Shown here piece after piece: positions 13,410 through 26,816 of a stretch of DNA of 64,000 nt. Origin of the DNA: Glaucostegus cemiculus (taxonomy: Eukaryota). Under the pieces are notes generated by a model that saw nothing but the letters and a program-made list of their open reading frames with translations, did not search any database and was not told where the DNA came from. The DNA is taken from contig CDPCPM010000015.1 in NCBI GenBank assembly GCA_976551045.1, positions 5,208,001-5,272,000 of the forward strand. Reading direction: 5' to 3'. Positions within the stretch are counted from its first letter, which is position 1. Every line of letters starts with the position of its first letter. The position numbers were made by a program, and so were the translations under genes.

Positions 13410-15200
13410 TTAAGAAAACAGAAGCAGGAGTTGCCATTCAATAAGATCATGGCTTATCTTTTACCTCAATGCCACTTTCCTGCACTAACCCTATATTCCA
13501 GCTTTGGTTCATAGTCTTGTAATTATGACTCCAAGTTCTCAACTAGAACCTCCTAAATCTTTTGAAGTTTCTGCATCCACTATCCATTTGAGGAGTGAGT
13601 TCTATTCATGATGAAAAAAATATTTTCTTGATTCCCTTCCAATTCTTTCACCTGACCTAAATTTATGTCCCCTTGTTATTAACCCCATGTGGACAGAAAT
13701 AGATCCATCCTGTTCACCCTGATTAGGACTCCTAATTTTGCACACCACAATTAAATCTCTTTTAGGTTACTCACATTACCATGGTGCTCCAGACATTGCA
13801 GCATCCTTGTAAATCTCCTCTGCATCCTCTGATATTATATCCTTCTTGCAATGTGGTGATCAGAGCAATTCATATAGACTATTCTGACAATCCCTTTCTT
13901 ATTTTTTCTTAAAGGAAGATGGTTGTGGTTCTTGGCAGTCAATCACTCCAGCTCCAGGACATCACTGCTGAAGTTCCTTAGGGGAGTGGCCTCTGCCTAA
14001 CCATCTTTAGCTGCTTCAGGTCTGAAGTTGGGACTTTTGCTGATGATTGCTCTTGCATAATGCTTAGTTGCATCTGCAACTTCTCAGCAAATGAAGCAGT
14101 CTATGTCTGTATGCAGCAACACTAGGACAACATTTCAGCTTGGTCTGTTATGTGGCAGGTAACATTTGCACAAAAGAAGTGCTACATATTGACATCTCCA
14201 TCAAGAGAGAGAGTCTAACCCCAATCTACACCATTCATTCACTCCACCACTGATGCACAGTAGCAGCAGTTTGTACCATATACAGGATGCAGAGCAACAA
14301 ATCACTGAGATTCCTTAGATAGCACCTTCCAAACACGTGATCTCTATCAGCTAGAAGGACAAGGGAAGCAAAAGCATAAGAACACCACCACTTGGAGATT
14401 TCCCTCCAAGCCACACACTGTCCTGACTTGGAAATATATTGCTGTTTCTTCATCACTCAGTCAAAATCCTGGCACTCTCTCCCAAACAGCACTATGGGTA
14501 TACCCACACCTCAAGCAATTAAATGCTGGCTCAGCCTCTGTCCTAAGAAAATCAATACTCTTGTATTTAATTGTATCACTGTTATCTATAGAGAGATACA
14601 GCAGAGAAACAGGCCCTTCGGCTGATCAAATCTGTGCTGACCATCAGTCACCCATTTAAGTAATGTTAATTCTTTTTTATTCCCCTCAAATTCTCATCAA
14701 ACCACCCCTCTCCTTCAGATTCTACTACTCACCTACATACTAGGGGCAATTTACAGTGGCCAATTAACCAACCAACTTGCACGTCTTTGGAATGTTGGAG
14801 GAAAACCTGCGCACCGGGGAAAACCCTGCAGTCACAGGGAGAACATGCAGACTCCACACAGGACTGTCTCTGCTGCTGTGAGACAGCAGCTCTGCTATCT
14901 GCACCACTATGCCCAATGATCAACTTCCTAGGTGTCACTGATGACCAGAAGCTCAACTGAACCAGGTTAATGTGTATTGTGACCTTGAGTAGATCAGGGG
15001 CTTTGGTACTCTGCAGTGAAAGTCTCACCTCCTGACGCCCCAAAACCTTTTCATCATTAACGAGGCAAGTCAAGACTGATGGAATACTCTTCACTTGCAT
15101 GGGTTAGAGCAGCTCAACAGCACTTAAGGAGCTATAGGAGTCTGCTTGATTAGCACCACATCCAACACCTTAAGCATCCATTCCCTTCACTAATGGTGCG
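13410..15200. mobile_element. Cluster of degenerate CR1-clade LINE fragments in both orientations
   Basis: CR1 tail motif on the minus strand near 13410; plus-strand RT remnants (gaagttccttaggggagtggc, tttgctgatgattgc = FADD). Confidence 0.6.
14590..14915 (-). mobile_element. V-SINE/HE1-like SINE
   Basis: Reverse strand reads gtggagtctgcatgttctccctgtgactgcagggttttccccggtgcgcaggttttcctccaacattccaaagacgtgc, a V-domain like that of the 37086 copy. Confidence 0.75.
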
Positions 15201-15588
15201 CTACATCAGCAGCAAGAAGATGGTCACCACCTCCTTAATTTGAGTTTAAAAAAAAACAAGCATTAAGATATAATGATGTGGGAATTTGTTATGTTATCAT
15301 ATTTTCAAGCATCCATGTATGTATGTAGCATCTTTAGTGTTGTAAACATGTAGATTAGCTGTGTTAAGATATTGGTACTGTGTACCACCATTTTTATTTT
15401 GGACTGCCTCTCATTCTTAGTGGGTTTAAATATAAGGAGGTAAGCTGATCACTGGTGCTCTGTTAGACCATGAAGAGATGGGGACATTTGGCTGCATGCA
15501 ATTATGCAGTTTTTTTTACAAAATTGATGGTGAATATTTCCAGCTAATTTTGGTATAACTGATACTCAAGTTTTCTTTTAATTTACAG

Positions 15589-15706
15589 TGAAGGTAGTAA
15601 CTTGACTCCAGCGCATCATTTTCCTGACTTCAGATTCAAGACATATGCTCCAGTGGCATTTCGTTACTTTAGGGAACTCTTTGGCATTCGACCAGATGAC
15701 TATCTG
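15589..15706 (+). CDS. PIP5K1C: PIP5K1C exon 5 ([39 protein letters not shown])
   Basis: tttacag|TGAAGG...TATCTG|gtgagt; 118 nt; FKTYAP motif at the start of the PIPK domain. Confidence 0.97.
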
Positions 15707-18517
15707 GTGAGTGTAGTTAAGTGCTGGGTATTCTTGTGCACTGTGTGCCATGATTTTTAGTCAGTTGAGTTATGTTTGCTGTGAAACTGGAAAATCTCTT
15801 TTGATGAATTACATGCAATGATGCTCTGAAATTTTGCTGGTGAGTGGATCAATGAGTGGGTCTGTGATGTTTTTTATTTGTATAGTTTGTAAGATATACA
15901 CCAGCAGAATTGCAGATCTTCTCTTTCAAAGTTGGGCTATGTCTGGAGAAAGCAATTCGACAAGGAATCTAATTGGCAGTCTTTAGCAGATGAAGAATGA
16001 AATTTGTATGGATGTCATAGAACTTAAAAGTACACTTTTTTTTAATGTAATTTTTCTGTAATGCTTTCTAATGGTATTAGTATGCCACCTCTAGAAATTT
16101 GATATTTATACAATGGTGGCACAATAGTTAAACTACTGGTGTAGTTATCCCGAGGTCTGGGATAGTAATTTGGAGACCCAAGTTCAGATCTCACCTTAAT
16201 TAAATTAATGTAGAAATTAAAAGAAACTAGCCATAGTAATGGTGACCACAAAACTATCAGATTGTCATAAAAGCTGGGCTAATGTCCTTTGGGGAAGAAA
16301 TCTGGTGTCGGTACCCATTCTAGCCAATAAGTGACTCTAGACCTACGGCAATATGGTTAACTAACTGCCCTTCAAAGAGACTTGGTTGTATTATAACTGT
16401 CGTGACAAAACAGAACAATTCCTGAATAACTACTGTGGTTCAAGAAGATGGATCACTACTACCACTTTGAGGGCAATCAGAGATGGGCAATAAATGGTGA
16501 TAACACCCGCATTCCAAAAAATGAATTTATATATTTAAACAAAACATCCCTTAACGTGTCCTTTTCTACAAAAGGAATTAACATTTGTCATGCCCAACAA
16601 ATAGGATGACTTTGTCATTTTTAATACATTTCAAGTTTGACAGGTGAATTTTGTGCTTTCCATTATGCTTAATGTCACTTGTTCTGAGCTAATCACTTGT
16701 GTCTTAATATGATGTGTACCATGTTTGGGCAGGTGGTTAAATGGACTGAAACTTGTAAACTAACTGTTAAAAATTTCAGCTATTGGATCCTGGTGGTCCA
16801 GGCCTGTTTAGTTTAGAATTTTTAAAAATTTTTAGCAAGTACTTACGCATCGATAATTTAAATATAGTAAAAAGATGCACTGATTGGAAGTAATTCTTTA
16901 GTTAATCTTATAAGCTAAACACTATGAAAAATATCTGATCTTTTTCTGAATTAATGACATGCAGAAAACTGGCACATGATTGAAACCTGAAATGCACTGC
17001 CTGCAGATGAGGCAAAGGCAGTACCCATTGTGGCCCTCAAGATGGAACAGGATAAATGTATGGTGGAAAAAAAATTGCACAACTATGGAGAAAGGGCTGA
17101 TGGGTGGCATTAGAGAGCTGTTTGGGTACAGAGCTGATGTGGACATGCTGTGCCAAATTTTTCTGTGGTCAAACCATTGATTATGTAATTTTCTTCCCCC
17201 AGTAATTAACAGATCATGAATGTATCTCATTCTTCTAATAGATCCTCTAATCACTTCAGAATTACCACAATTCTTTCTTCTGTGGAGCTAGAAAAATAAC
17301 TTCTTAAATCTCAAGTTGTCCTGTGCAATTGTTTTTGGCACAACTAAGTTTTTCTTCAGTGTGTTTTTTACTGTTGAGCCTGGGAGAAGCAAATCAATGT
17401 TTCTAATTGATATCCAGTGCCCTCTGCTGGAAAGTGTGGCTTTTGGTTCAGGTTATGGGGTAGGATTATGTTTGGCTGTGATGCTGTCAGTTGGCCCATT
17501 GACACTTGCTTTCTAAGGTCACAGATAAAGGATAGCCATCTGGTTAGTCTCATAGGCCCCAATTCTGATGAAATTCTATCCCAGTGTAAGTTACCAGTTG
17601 CAAGAAAAGATTGTAAGACGTACATCATAATCAAAGGTAATAACTCCAAGAAGGGAGAGTGAATAATTTAGTGTTTGAAATATCTTGTTATTTCTGACTG
17701 GATGGATGGAAGTTGGGTGGGGGAGGAATTATGTGTAAGGTGCAATAAAATAACATCAAGCACAATGGCTAGTGGTGTTCTTTGCATTAGATTGTACCAT
17801 TGTATTTATTTAAAGTGTTCATGTTGGTTGGATTTAATTTCATCGTGGCAATGTATAAATGGAAATAATTCCTGACAACTATTGATATCAGGTTGGGTTA
17901 ATCAGACAGTGTGTACAGATGATTGAGTTTCACTAAGGGTCACTAGATGAGCATTGGCTCTAGGGCTCTGAATGATTTTTCTCCATTATCATTTACTTCC
18001 CCAACCCAGCAGAGGATTGCTGTAGTTAGTTCCATTTTATAATCATTTGGCTTATAATCATGAAATTCAAAGTGTGGGACCACCCTGTTCTGTGCAACAC
18101 AAAATCATAACAGACATTTCAATTACCAACCAAGTTACATTTTATTTTAAATAGACACGTGGTGCATATATTTAGTGGCAAGGAACTTCCTTGTTAATTG
18201 CAAACAACTGCAAATTCTGGAAATCTGAAATAAAAATAGAAAACATTAGAGATACTTAGTAATGCAGGCAGCTTCTGTGGAAAGAGAAATGAAGTTAACA
18301 CTTCAATTTGATGGCTTTTCATTAGAACTGAATTTGCACCATTTTCTGCTTTCATTATTAACAGTTTGTTTCTTTTTAATATTAATATTTTTGTCTGTTT
18401 TCCTTGAATTATTCAGGTTTATATGTCAGAAAATGCCCTTGGTTAATCATATCCTATCTATCAAGAAAGCTTCTTCACAGTCTGCAACTCTACCAGTTTT
18501 TGTGTTGTCTGCTTACT

Positions 18518-20070
18518 AACCAGCCCATGGCGAGCCAGTTCTGAACCCAAACTACCAAGTCACCGTGGATCCCATGCATCTTAATCTTCTGGATCAACCT
18601 ACCATGAGGGACTTTGTCAAATTCCATACTAAAGTCCATGTAGACATCATCCACTGTCCTACCCTCATCAATCACCTTCGTCAGCTCCTCAAAAAAAACT
18701 CAATCAAGTTTGTAAGATGTGACCTGCCTTGCACAAAGCTATGCTGACTGTCCCTAATTAGCCTATGCTTTTTCCAAATGTGCATAAATTCTGACCCTAA
18801 GAATCTTCTCCAATAGTTTCCCTACCACTGATGTGAGGCTCACCAGCTTGTAACTCACTGGATTATCCCTGTTTCCCTTCTTAAACAAATAAACAACATT
18901 GGCTATTCTCCAGTCCTCCAGGACCTTGCCTGTGGCTAGAGAGGATACAGAGATCTTTGTGAAAATTCCAGTAGTCTCCTCTCTTGCCTCTCTCAATAAC
19001 CTAGGATAGATCCCACCACCTTGATCTCAGAATATCCTAGCATATTAGTATATCTCACACTATCCTCCATTCCCTTCTTCTTGGTGAGGACCGATACAAA
19101 GTACCTGTTTAGTACCTCGCCTACATCCTCTAACTGCAAGCATAAATTCTGTCCTTTACCCTTGAGTGACTCTACCCTCTTCCTACTTATCCTCTTGTTA
19201 ATGTATATATAAAATGCTAAGGGATTTTCTTTAATCCTACTTGCCAACGACATTTCATGAGCCCTTTTGGCCCTTCTAATTCCTTGCTTGAGTTCTTTCC
19301 TGCTTTCGTTATATTCCTCAAAGGCCCTGTCTGATTTCAGTTTACTAATCCTTGGATAAGCTTCCTTTTACCTTTTTGACTAAATTTACAACCTCTTTCA
19401 TCATCCAGAGTTCCTTCACCTTGCCATCCTTGTCCTTCCTCCTTCCTGGAACATGTCCTGAACTCTGACCAGCTAATCTTCAAATGACTCCCACATGTCA
19501 GCTGTGGACTTGCCCAATAACAGCTGCTCCTAATTTACTCTCCCTAGGTCTTGCCTAATAATGTTATAATTTACCCTCCTCCAATTTTGTACTTTCCCTT
19601 TGGTCCACACATCCTTATTCAAAACTTAAGGAGTTGTAATCACTGTTCCCAAAGCAAATTCCAGTATGGTCCCTCCTCTAGTTGGAATATCCCCATAATG
19701 TTTCAAGAAACCCTCTTGGATGCACCTAATAAATTCTGCCTCATCTAAACCCCTTGCACTAAAGAAGTCCAGTTAACATTGGGGAAGTTAAAGTCACCCA
19801 ATACAACAATCCTGTTGCCTTTACATTTTTTCATAATCTGTTTAACATATCAGTTCCTACATCTCCCACTATTGGGAGGTCTATGGTGTAATCCCATCAG
19901 AGTGATTGCACTTCTCTTATTTTTGAGCTCTACCCATATTGCCTTAGTGGGTGAGCCCTCCAGTATGTCCACTGAGTGCAGCTGTGACATTCTCCATGAT
20001 TAGTAATCCAGCGCCTCCACCCCTTTTATCTCACTTTCCATCACATCTGAAAAACAAGGCTGGATTGTTA
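18518..20070 (-). mobile_element. CR1-clade LINE ORF2 remnant (endonuclease to RT), frameshifted
   Basis: Peptides EDWRIANVVYLFKKGNRDNPVSYKLVSLTSVVGKLLEKIL, VDDVYMDFSMEFDKVPHGRL and the endonuclease motif GDFNFP. Confidence 0.9.
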
Positions 20071-21705
20071 GCTTTATTTTTTTTTGAGAGTTGCTTGCTT
20101 CCTTTTCACCTTTTCCATTGAGTGTTAACTGCAGGCTGGACAATAGATGTGATAATCTCCCATAGAGTCTTAAGTGATAGATGGAGTATAATGGTTCAGC
20201 AGGAAATGAAGTGAGGAATGGAACAGGGAATTGGAGAATATTTGTTAACTTCAGTGTGTAAAGCAGTTTTAGTATTTTTAAAATACGCATTTATGCAATG
20301 TTCAGGAATGGACCAGACAACAAAACCAACAATTCCAATGTGGAAATTTCTATCCTATGAAATTAAAGTTGCCTTATTTTCCAGAGCCTAAACTAAACTG
20401 GGATTTTGAATGGAAGAGTATTGTTGAAGCTGCACTCATCCAGTCAAGTGAGGGATATTTCATTATATTTCTAAATTGTGCTTTGCAGATGCTGGAAAGA
20501 CTATTCAGAGTAGAGAGGGAAATTAGCTGCCATAGGATATCAGGTTTCCCATTTGTTTAGTAACCATGGTGTTTATCATTCTAATGTTGACAGACTATTA
20601 AAATCTATTGAAATAATAAATAGTTTCTTCACAAAAACGAAGTGCTTATGACCTGCTTGGATTCTGGATTAGCTATTTTAAAAATTTGCAGATAGCCCAC
20701 TCTAGTGGTCTGTATCAATGCTTGATCAATGCAAGCAAAGATCAGAGAACTTCTCTGTGTCCATCAAGTGATTATTTCTTCAGTGACATTAATGAATAAA
20801 AATTGACAGGATAAACTGTTCTCAACTTTCTTATTTATTTATGAGATAGAAAGAGGCCTTTTGGCCCATTGAGTGTTTGCCAGTTCTTGGAGCAATCTTA
20901 TCAGTCCCATTCCCCCACTTATTTCTTGGTAATCCATTCTGTCTCTCATGTCTTTTGACTGGTTATCCATTTCAGAGTTTGACTATCTAATGAAAGCCCA
21001 AGGATGGGACTATATAACATTTGAATCATTTAAAGTTGCTCATTCTTCTGAAAAAGTCTCTTTCGGTATCATATATTGAGTTATTGGTTAACTGTTAGGA
21101 CTTTATTGTAAAAGCAAGCAAAACAAAAAACCTCACTTTGTGTTTGACTCCCCATTGTTTCCTGAGTGGCAAACTGTGGACAAGGACCAATAATGTAAAT
21201 AATGCCACACAATTACTCTACTAAGTCTCTATCAGTTACTCTTGTACATGAATGCTGTTACTGAACTGTTACGAAATTGTGTATTTAATATGCAAATTAA
21301 AGCTAATGTGGACAAAATGGTTTGTATATTTTAAAACATTGAAAAAAAAGTAATTAACAAAAAATGGTTATATTTAATCAACAAGCTGATTCCCTTGGAT
21401 ATGGCTTGCAATTTTGAGCAGCTGTTAGCATCCATGTTGCAACCCCCATTGTCTTCTCTGCAGGATTCATTCCATCTGTGTCATTATGTGTTGTGTTCTA
21501 CGTGGGGAATTTGCCAGAGTTGGACATTGAGGGAAATTTGTTTTGCAAGAAAACTCTAAAAACTCTAAAAATACCTTATGCAAAAATACTAATCAGATCA
21601 TTTGAATTTAAAAAAAAAAAGGAGAGTTTATGGTAAATGTATCAGAAAAGATGATGAAATGTTCACTGAATAAGAGTGTTTGCATTGTGATTTGTTCTCT
21701 CATAG

Positions 21706-21858
21706 TATTCATTATGCAATGAACCCTTGATTGAACTCTCCAACCCTGGCGCCAGTGGATCTCTCTTTTATGTGACAAGTGACGATGAGTTTATTATAAA
21801 GACTGTGATAAACAAAGAAGCAGAATTTCTACAAAAGTTGCTTCCAGGTTATTACATG
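21706..21858 (+). CDS. PIP5K1C: PIP5K1C exon 6 ([51 protein letters not shown])
   Basis: ctcatag|TATTCA...TACATG|gtgagt; 153 nt; GASGS glycine loop and IIK ATP-binding lysine. Confidence 0.97.
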
Positions 21859-22277
21859 GTGAGTGATTTTTCTCCATCCCCAATCCCCTCCATTTTTGTC
21901 TACTTTTTTGAAATCATTAATTTATCCTGGAATATAGATCTACATCCATCTGGTGACCTTTGATACCTTACGTAAGTAGCTATTCCTATGTGGGTGGAAA
22001 CGGTGAATGATGCAAACTAACACCACCTACTGTATATGTGATAATTGTCAGCTGGTTACTTCAGGAGAAGCATATAATTTTTGCTGATGTGCATGCATTT
22101 TCCCATTCCACTTATAGACTCTGAACATAACGTTAAAAATACAAACAAAATCACATCCTGTTTGATTCAATGTCTCGACATCTAGCACACAATACTGTAC
22201 TGCATTTATTTGAATGATTGCTACCGGTTCATTTGTTACATTAATACATGGAAAACACTTTCTCTATTTTGTTCCAG

Positions 22278-22577
22278 AACCTGAATCAGAACCCACGGAC
22301 ACTCTTGCCAAAGTTTTATGGACTCTACTGCGTTCAGTCTGGCGGCAAAAACATTCGAGTGGCAGTGATGAATAATGTGTTGCCGCGCGTGGTGAAAATG
22401 CACCTCAAGTATGATTTAAAAGGTTCAACCTACAAAAGGAGGGCTTCAAGAAAAGAACGTGAGAAATCCAGACCAACATTTAAAGACTTGGACTTCATGC
22501 AGGATTTCTCAGATGGATTGTTACTAGACGCGGACACAAACTGTGCCCTGATTAAAACCCTGCAGAGAGATTGCCTG
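22278..22577 (+). CDS. PIP5K1C: PIP5K1C exon 7 ([15 protein letters not shown]...[13 protein letters not shown]...KDLDF...LQRDCL)
   Basis: gttccag|AACCTG...TGCCTG|gtaaga; 300 nt; DLKGS motif. Confidence 0.97.
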
Positions 22578-22764
22578 GTAAGAAGAGAGTCAGGAATTCA
22601 TTTAGAGGGAAAATAGTTTAAGAAAACAATATTAATAATATTCTGGTCATGCCATACTACATGAAATAAGGAACAGAAAAGTGTCTTGGACAGTAATTAT
22701 TGATTTTTGCATGTATTAGTCAGGAGTGTGAGGAGCAACTGTATTCTGTGCACAGAATAAGTGC

Positions 22765-23045
22765 AAGCATCTTTTCCCCAGGGTGGCAATGGCCAATACT
22801 AGAGGTCACCCATTTAAGGTGCATGGAGGAAAGAGGTTTTTTTTACGCAGAGTGGTGGGTGCCTGAATGCAGTGCTGGGGGTGGTGGTAGGGACTGATAC
22901 AATGGAGTTGTTTAAGAGACTATTAGATAGGCATGTGGATGAAAGAAAAATAGAGGATTATGGAAAGTGATTGGGTATAAAGCTTATATAGGTCAGCACA
23001 ACATCATGGGTTGAAGGGCCTCTACAGTGCTGTACTGTTTTATGT
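22765..23045 (+). mobile_element. CR1 3'-end fragment
   Basis: ttttacgcagagtggtgggtgcctgaatg...gaagggcctctacagtgctgtactgttttatgtt tail. Confidence 0.7.
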
Positions 23046-23249
23046 TTAAACTTCATTATAGAATGTAGCTCCTTTTGGAGAAATAGCAGAACCACAAGTT
23101 GTCATCAGAATGACTGTATGAGCATGGAATGTATTTTGATTTTCTTTTGGAATGGGAAGGGAACAATCATAGAACCACTGAAATTTCTAGTGCTAAAAGG
23201 AAAGCTGTTAAGTGCAAAGAGTTTTTGTTACCCAAACCCCTGTTCCCAT

Positions 23250-25070
23250 TCCTAGCCCTGCAGGTTATGGCACTGTGCACATTATGATACTTTATAAATG
23301 TAATAATTGTTTCTACCACCACCAACTTTTCAAGATATTGAGTTCCAAAACCCCAGGAATTATTGGGTGAAAAAACAACTTTCTCAACTTTTTTCAAAAC
23401 TTTCTCCATTTACTTTAGATCTTTGTTCCCTAGTAGTTGTCCTTTCTGCTGCTTGTTCACCTTGTCAAGACCTCACAATTTTGTACACCTTGATTAAATC
23501 TCACTTCAGCTCCCTTTGTTTCAAAAGGAAACAACATGCCCAAGCTAGTCTCCTCATAATTAGCTAGTCTCTTGACTAGCAACATCCTTTGCATGCTCTC
23601 TAGTCCTATTACATCTTTTGTGTAATGTGGTGGCCACAGTTCTAGCTGTGGCTCTTCAAGCATTTTGTACAGATCCAGCAGACCAAGTTTTATTCTGTGT
23701 TTTGCTAATAAAAACAAGTATCCCATCGGTTCTAACCACCTTTATCTACTTGTCCTGGTAGCATCAGAGATCTGTAGGCATGTCTTCCAAGATTGCCTTG
23801 CTCTCTAACTCTTTTTAGCATCCTACTATTTATCTTATTTTAGCTTGCCTTGTTTGCCTTCCATTAAATTCATTATATGGTGCACCTTTGGAATTCCATT
23901 TGCCACTTGTTTGCCCACCCACCAGACCAGTCTACTGTCAATCAACAGCAAAATGATGGAAGATTCAAATGTGGATGAAAGAGCAGAATTTCAGAAGTGG
24001 GGTGAGAATGACTGTCCTTGACATTAAGGCAGCATTTAACCAAGTGTGGCATTGACTCCTGATGAAACTGTGGTCAGTGGGCATCAAATTGAAAACATTC
24101 CAATAGTTAGGATCATACCTTACACTAAGGAAAATTGTTGTGATGGCTGGGTGTCAGTTGTCCCAGTCTAAGAATGCCACTGCAGGAGTTCCTTAGAGTT
24201 TTATTCTAGGCCCAGCTAACTTCAGCTGTGTTATCAATAATAATCCTTCCGTTATGCAGTCAGAGGTGGAAATGTTCACTGATTTGTGCATTTTTCAATG
24301 CCATTTGAATCTCCTCAGGAAATGAAGCAGTAATTGCATGTATTAAGATGTTCCAGTTTGGGCTGATTAATTGTTATTTAACATTCACACCACACACATG
24401 CCAGGCAATGACCATCTCCAACAAGTCAGATCTTCAAATTTTCACTTAGCAAGGATAAAGTTAATGAATATCAAGGATAAGTTTCTCCACCATCAGTATC
24501 CTGGAGGTCACTGTTGACCAGAAACTCAATTGGACCAGCCACACACACATTGTGGCTGCAAGTGCAGTTCAGATGCTAGATGTCCTGCAGCAGGTGATTT
24601 GCCATCTGACATGTCAAAGTTTTTCCATTATATACAACTTGGAAGCATGATGGAATACTGTCCAATTACCTGCAGTTCCAACTCGGTACCATTCATGGTA
24701 AAGCAGGCTGCTTGATAGGTGCCCTATCTATCACTCTAAACATTAATTCCAGCCACCAACACCATACCATACCTATGATGTGTGCACCCTAGCAAGTACA
24801 AAATACATTGCACTAATTTGCCTAATTACTACAGCAGAACAATCTGAAGCTTGTAACCTCTGGCATCTAGAATAACAAGGGAACCAAGTACATGAACACC
24901 TGTAGGTTCCCTTCAAGTTGCTCACCATCCTGACTTCTTTGTCACTAGATTTACATCCTGGAACCCCCTTATCCAACAATCTCACCATAAAGATTGTAAT
25001 ATCTTAAGAAGATGGCTAATCATTGCCTTTTCCAGGGCAGTATGGATGGATGATAACTGCAGGCCCACAT
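23250..25070. mobile_element. Degenerate CR1-clade fragments (minus about 23250-23930; plus about 23960-25070)
   Basis: WPPHYTKDVIGLESMQR (CR1 C-terminus) on minus; cttgacattaaggcagcattt and ggagttccttag RT motifs on plus. Confidence 0.65.
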
Positions 25071-25537
25071 CCTGAAAAATGAATGAATAAAGAAATCTTC
25101 CTGCTTTGCAAGAGCAACAAAACAATCAATTTTGGTATCACTTACAAACTTTGAAAATAAGTCTAAGTGAATGAAAAGCAGGTTCATGGAATTGAGCTCA
25201 ACAGAATCTCATTGGATGCAGCATTCCAAGCATTAAAATTCACTTTGGTCAGTGTAAATGTTACCCACTTCTCCTGCCACTTCATTTTTTTTTTGATCTT
25301 CTCTCTATCTACTTTGAAAATCAGGAATGTGGAGCTAAGCTTGAAGCTATATTTAAGAAATATATTAATCTTTTGAGAAGCTTTGTTCACTTTAATCTTT
25401 TGGATCATATTTTTTTTCAGTGGTTTCTCGTGTGTGATGTCAAACAAGCTTTCATGCTAGATGATTTGATATCTCCTAGTTACTGACTTGTGTGCAGACT
25501 AATTGTTATGTTATTTCTCCTTGTGCAATTTCAATAG

Positions 25538-25743
25538 GTGCTAGAGAGCTTTAAAATCATGGATTACAGTTTGTTGTTAGGAGTTCACAATTTGGACCAA
25601 GCAGAGCGCGAGAGGCAGTTGGAGGGGTCACTAAGTACCTCTGATGAGAAACGACCCATTGCACAGAAAGCCCTCTATTCCACGGCCATGGAATCTATTC
25701 AAGGTGGAACTTCACGGGGCGAGTCCATTGACACAGATGATAC
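25538..25743 (+). CDS. PIP5K1C: PIP5K1C exon 8 ([18 protein letters not shown]...[12 protein letters not shown]...DTDDT)
   Basis: tcaatag|GTGCTA...GATAC|gtatgt; 206 nt; catalytic MDYSL motif and kinase insert. Confidence 0.97.
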
Positions 25744-25874
25744 GTATGTAGATATATTTTTACAAAACATTTTACTTTTGCTATGTTCAAGTGCTATGAC
25801 TTAAAGAAAATGAAAAAAGTGCTGTTGGCATCTGAAGATTTGCTTTGCAATGAGGATATTTAGTCTTTGCAATA

Positions 25875-26662
25875 GAAAACAGATATGTTAAGTGAGCAAA
25901 AGTTTGGCAAATGGAGTACAATGTGGGAAATTGTGAGGTCATGCACTTCAGTAGGAGGAATCAAAATGAAGACTAACATCTAAATGAGACTGGAAGTGAG
26001 TGGAGTACAGAAGACACAAAGTGTTCTTGTGCATAAAATGCAAAAAGTTAGCCTGTCACTACAGCAGGTAATATGGAGACATATGGTACATTAGCCTTTA
26101 TTGCTGGTGGTTTAGAGTTTAAAAATAGAGAAGTATTATTACAATTGTACAAGGTGTTGATGAGGCTGCATGTGACAGAGCTTTGGTTTCTTATTCAAGA
26201 AAGGATATACTAGCATTGAAGGCAATCCAGAAGACATTCACTTGGCTAATTTCTGAGATGAGAGGTTGTCCTGTCTCAGTCAAAAATTTAGACCTTTATT
26301 TTAGTTTAGAAGAATGAGGTGGTGACCTTATTGAAACATGCAAGATGTTTAATGGGGCATAAAAGGTACATGTTAAGATAATTCCACGAATGGGAGAGTC
26401 TTGAATGAGAAGATGTAGTTACAAAATAAGGGAGGTGGTCATTTAAAACTGAAATGCATAGGAATTTTCTCTTACAAGAGGTACTGAATCTCTGGAATTT
26501 TCTACCCCAGAGGTTGTGGAGGCTGGAACATTGGAGGTATTAAAAGAGGAAGCAGATAATTATTTGAGAGGTCAGAAAATTGAGGACCATGTAGAACTTG
26601 CACAGAAAAAGAGTTGAAGCTTGGGGTCAGGAAGCCTATTCCTTCTCCTATTTTCCTGTGTT
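25875..26662 (+). mobile_element. CR1 3' fragment filling most of intron 8
   Basis: tggcaaatggagtacaatgtgggaaattgtgaggtcatgcac (WQMEYNVGNCEVMH) through a cctattccttctcctattttcctgtgttc tail. Confidence 0.8.
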
Positions 26663-26732
26663 CGTGACCTTTTTTAACTGCAGACTGTTACATTTTCAGG
26701 TTATGAAATGACATTTACTTTTCTTTTTTTAG

Positions 26733-26816
26733 GATGGGCGGTATTCCAGCAGTGAATGGGAAAGGAGAGAGGCTCCTCTTGTACATTGGTATTATTGACA
26801 TTTTGCAGTCTTACAG
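26733..26816 (+). CDS. PIP5K1C: PIP5K1C exon 9 ([28 protein letters not shown])
   Basis: ttttttag|GATGGG...TTACAG|gtaggc; 84 nt; IID motif. Confidence 0.97.
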
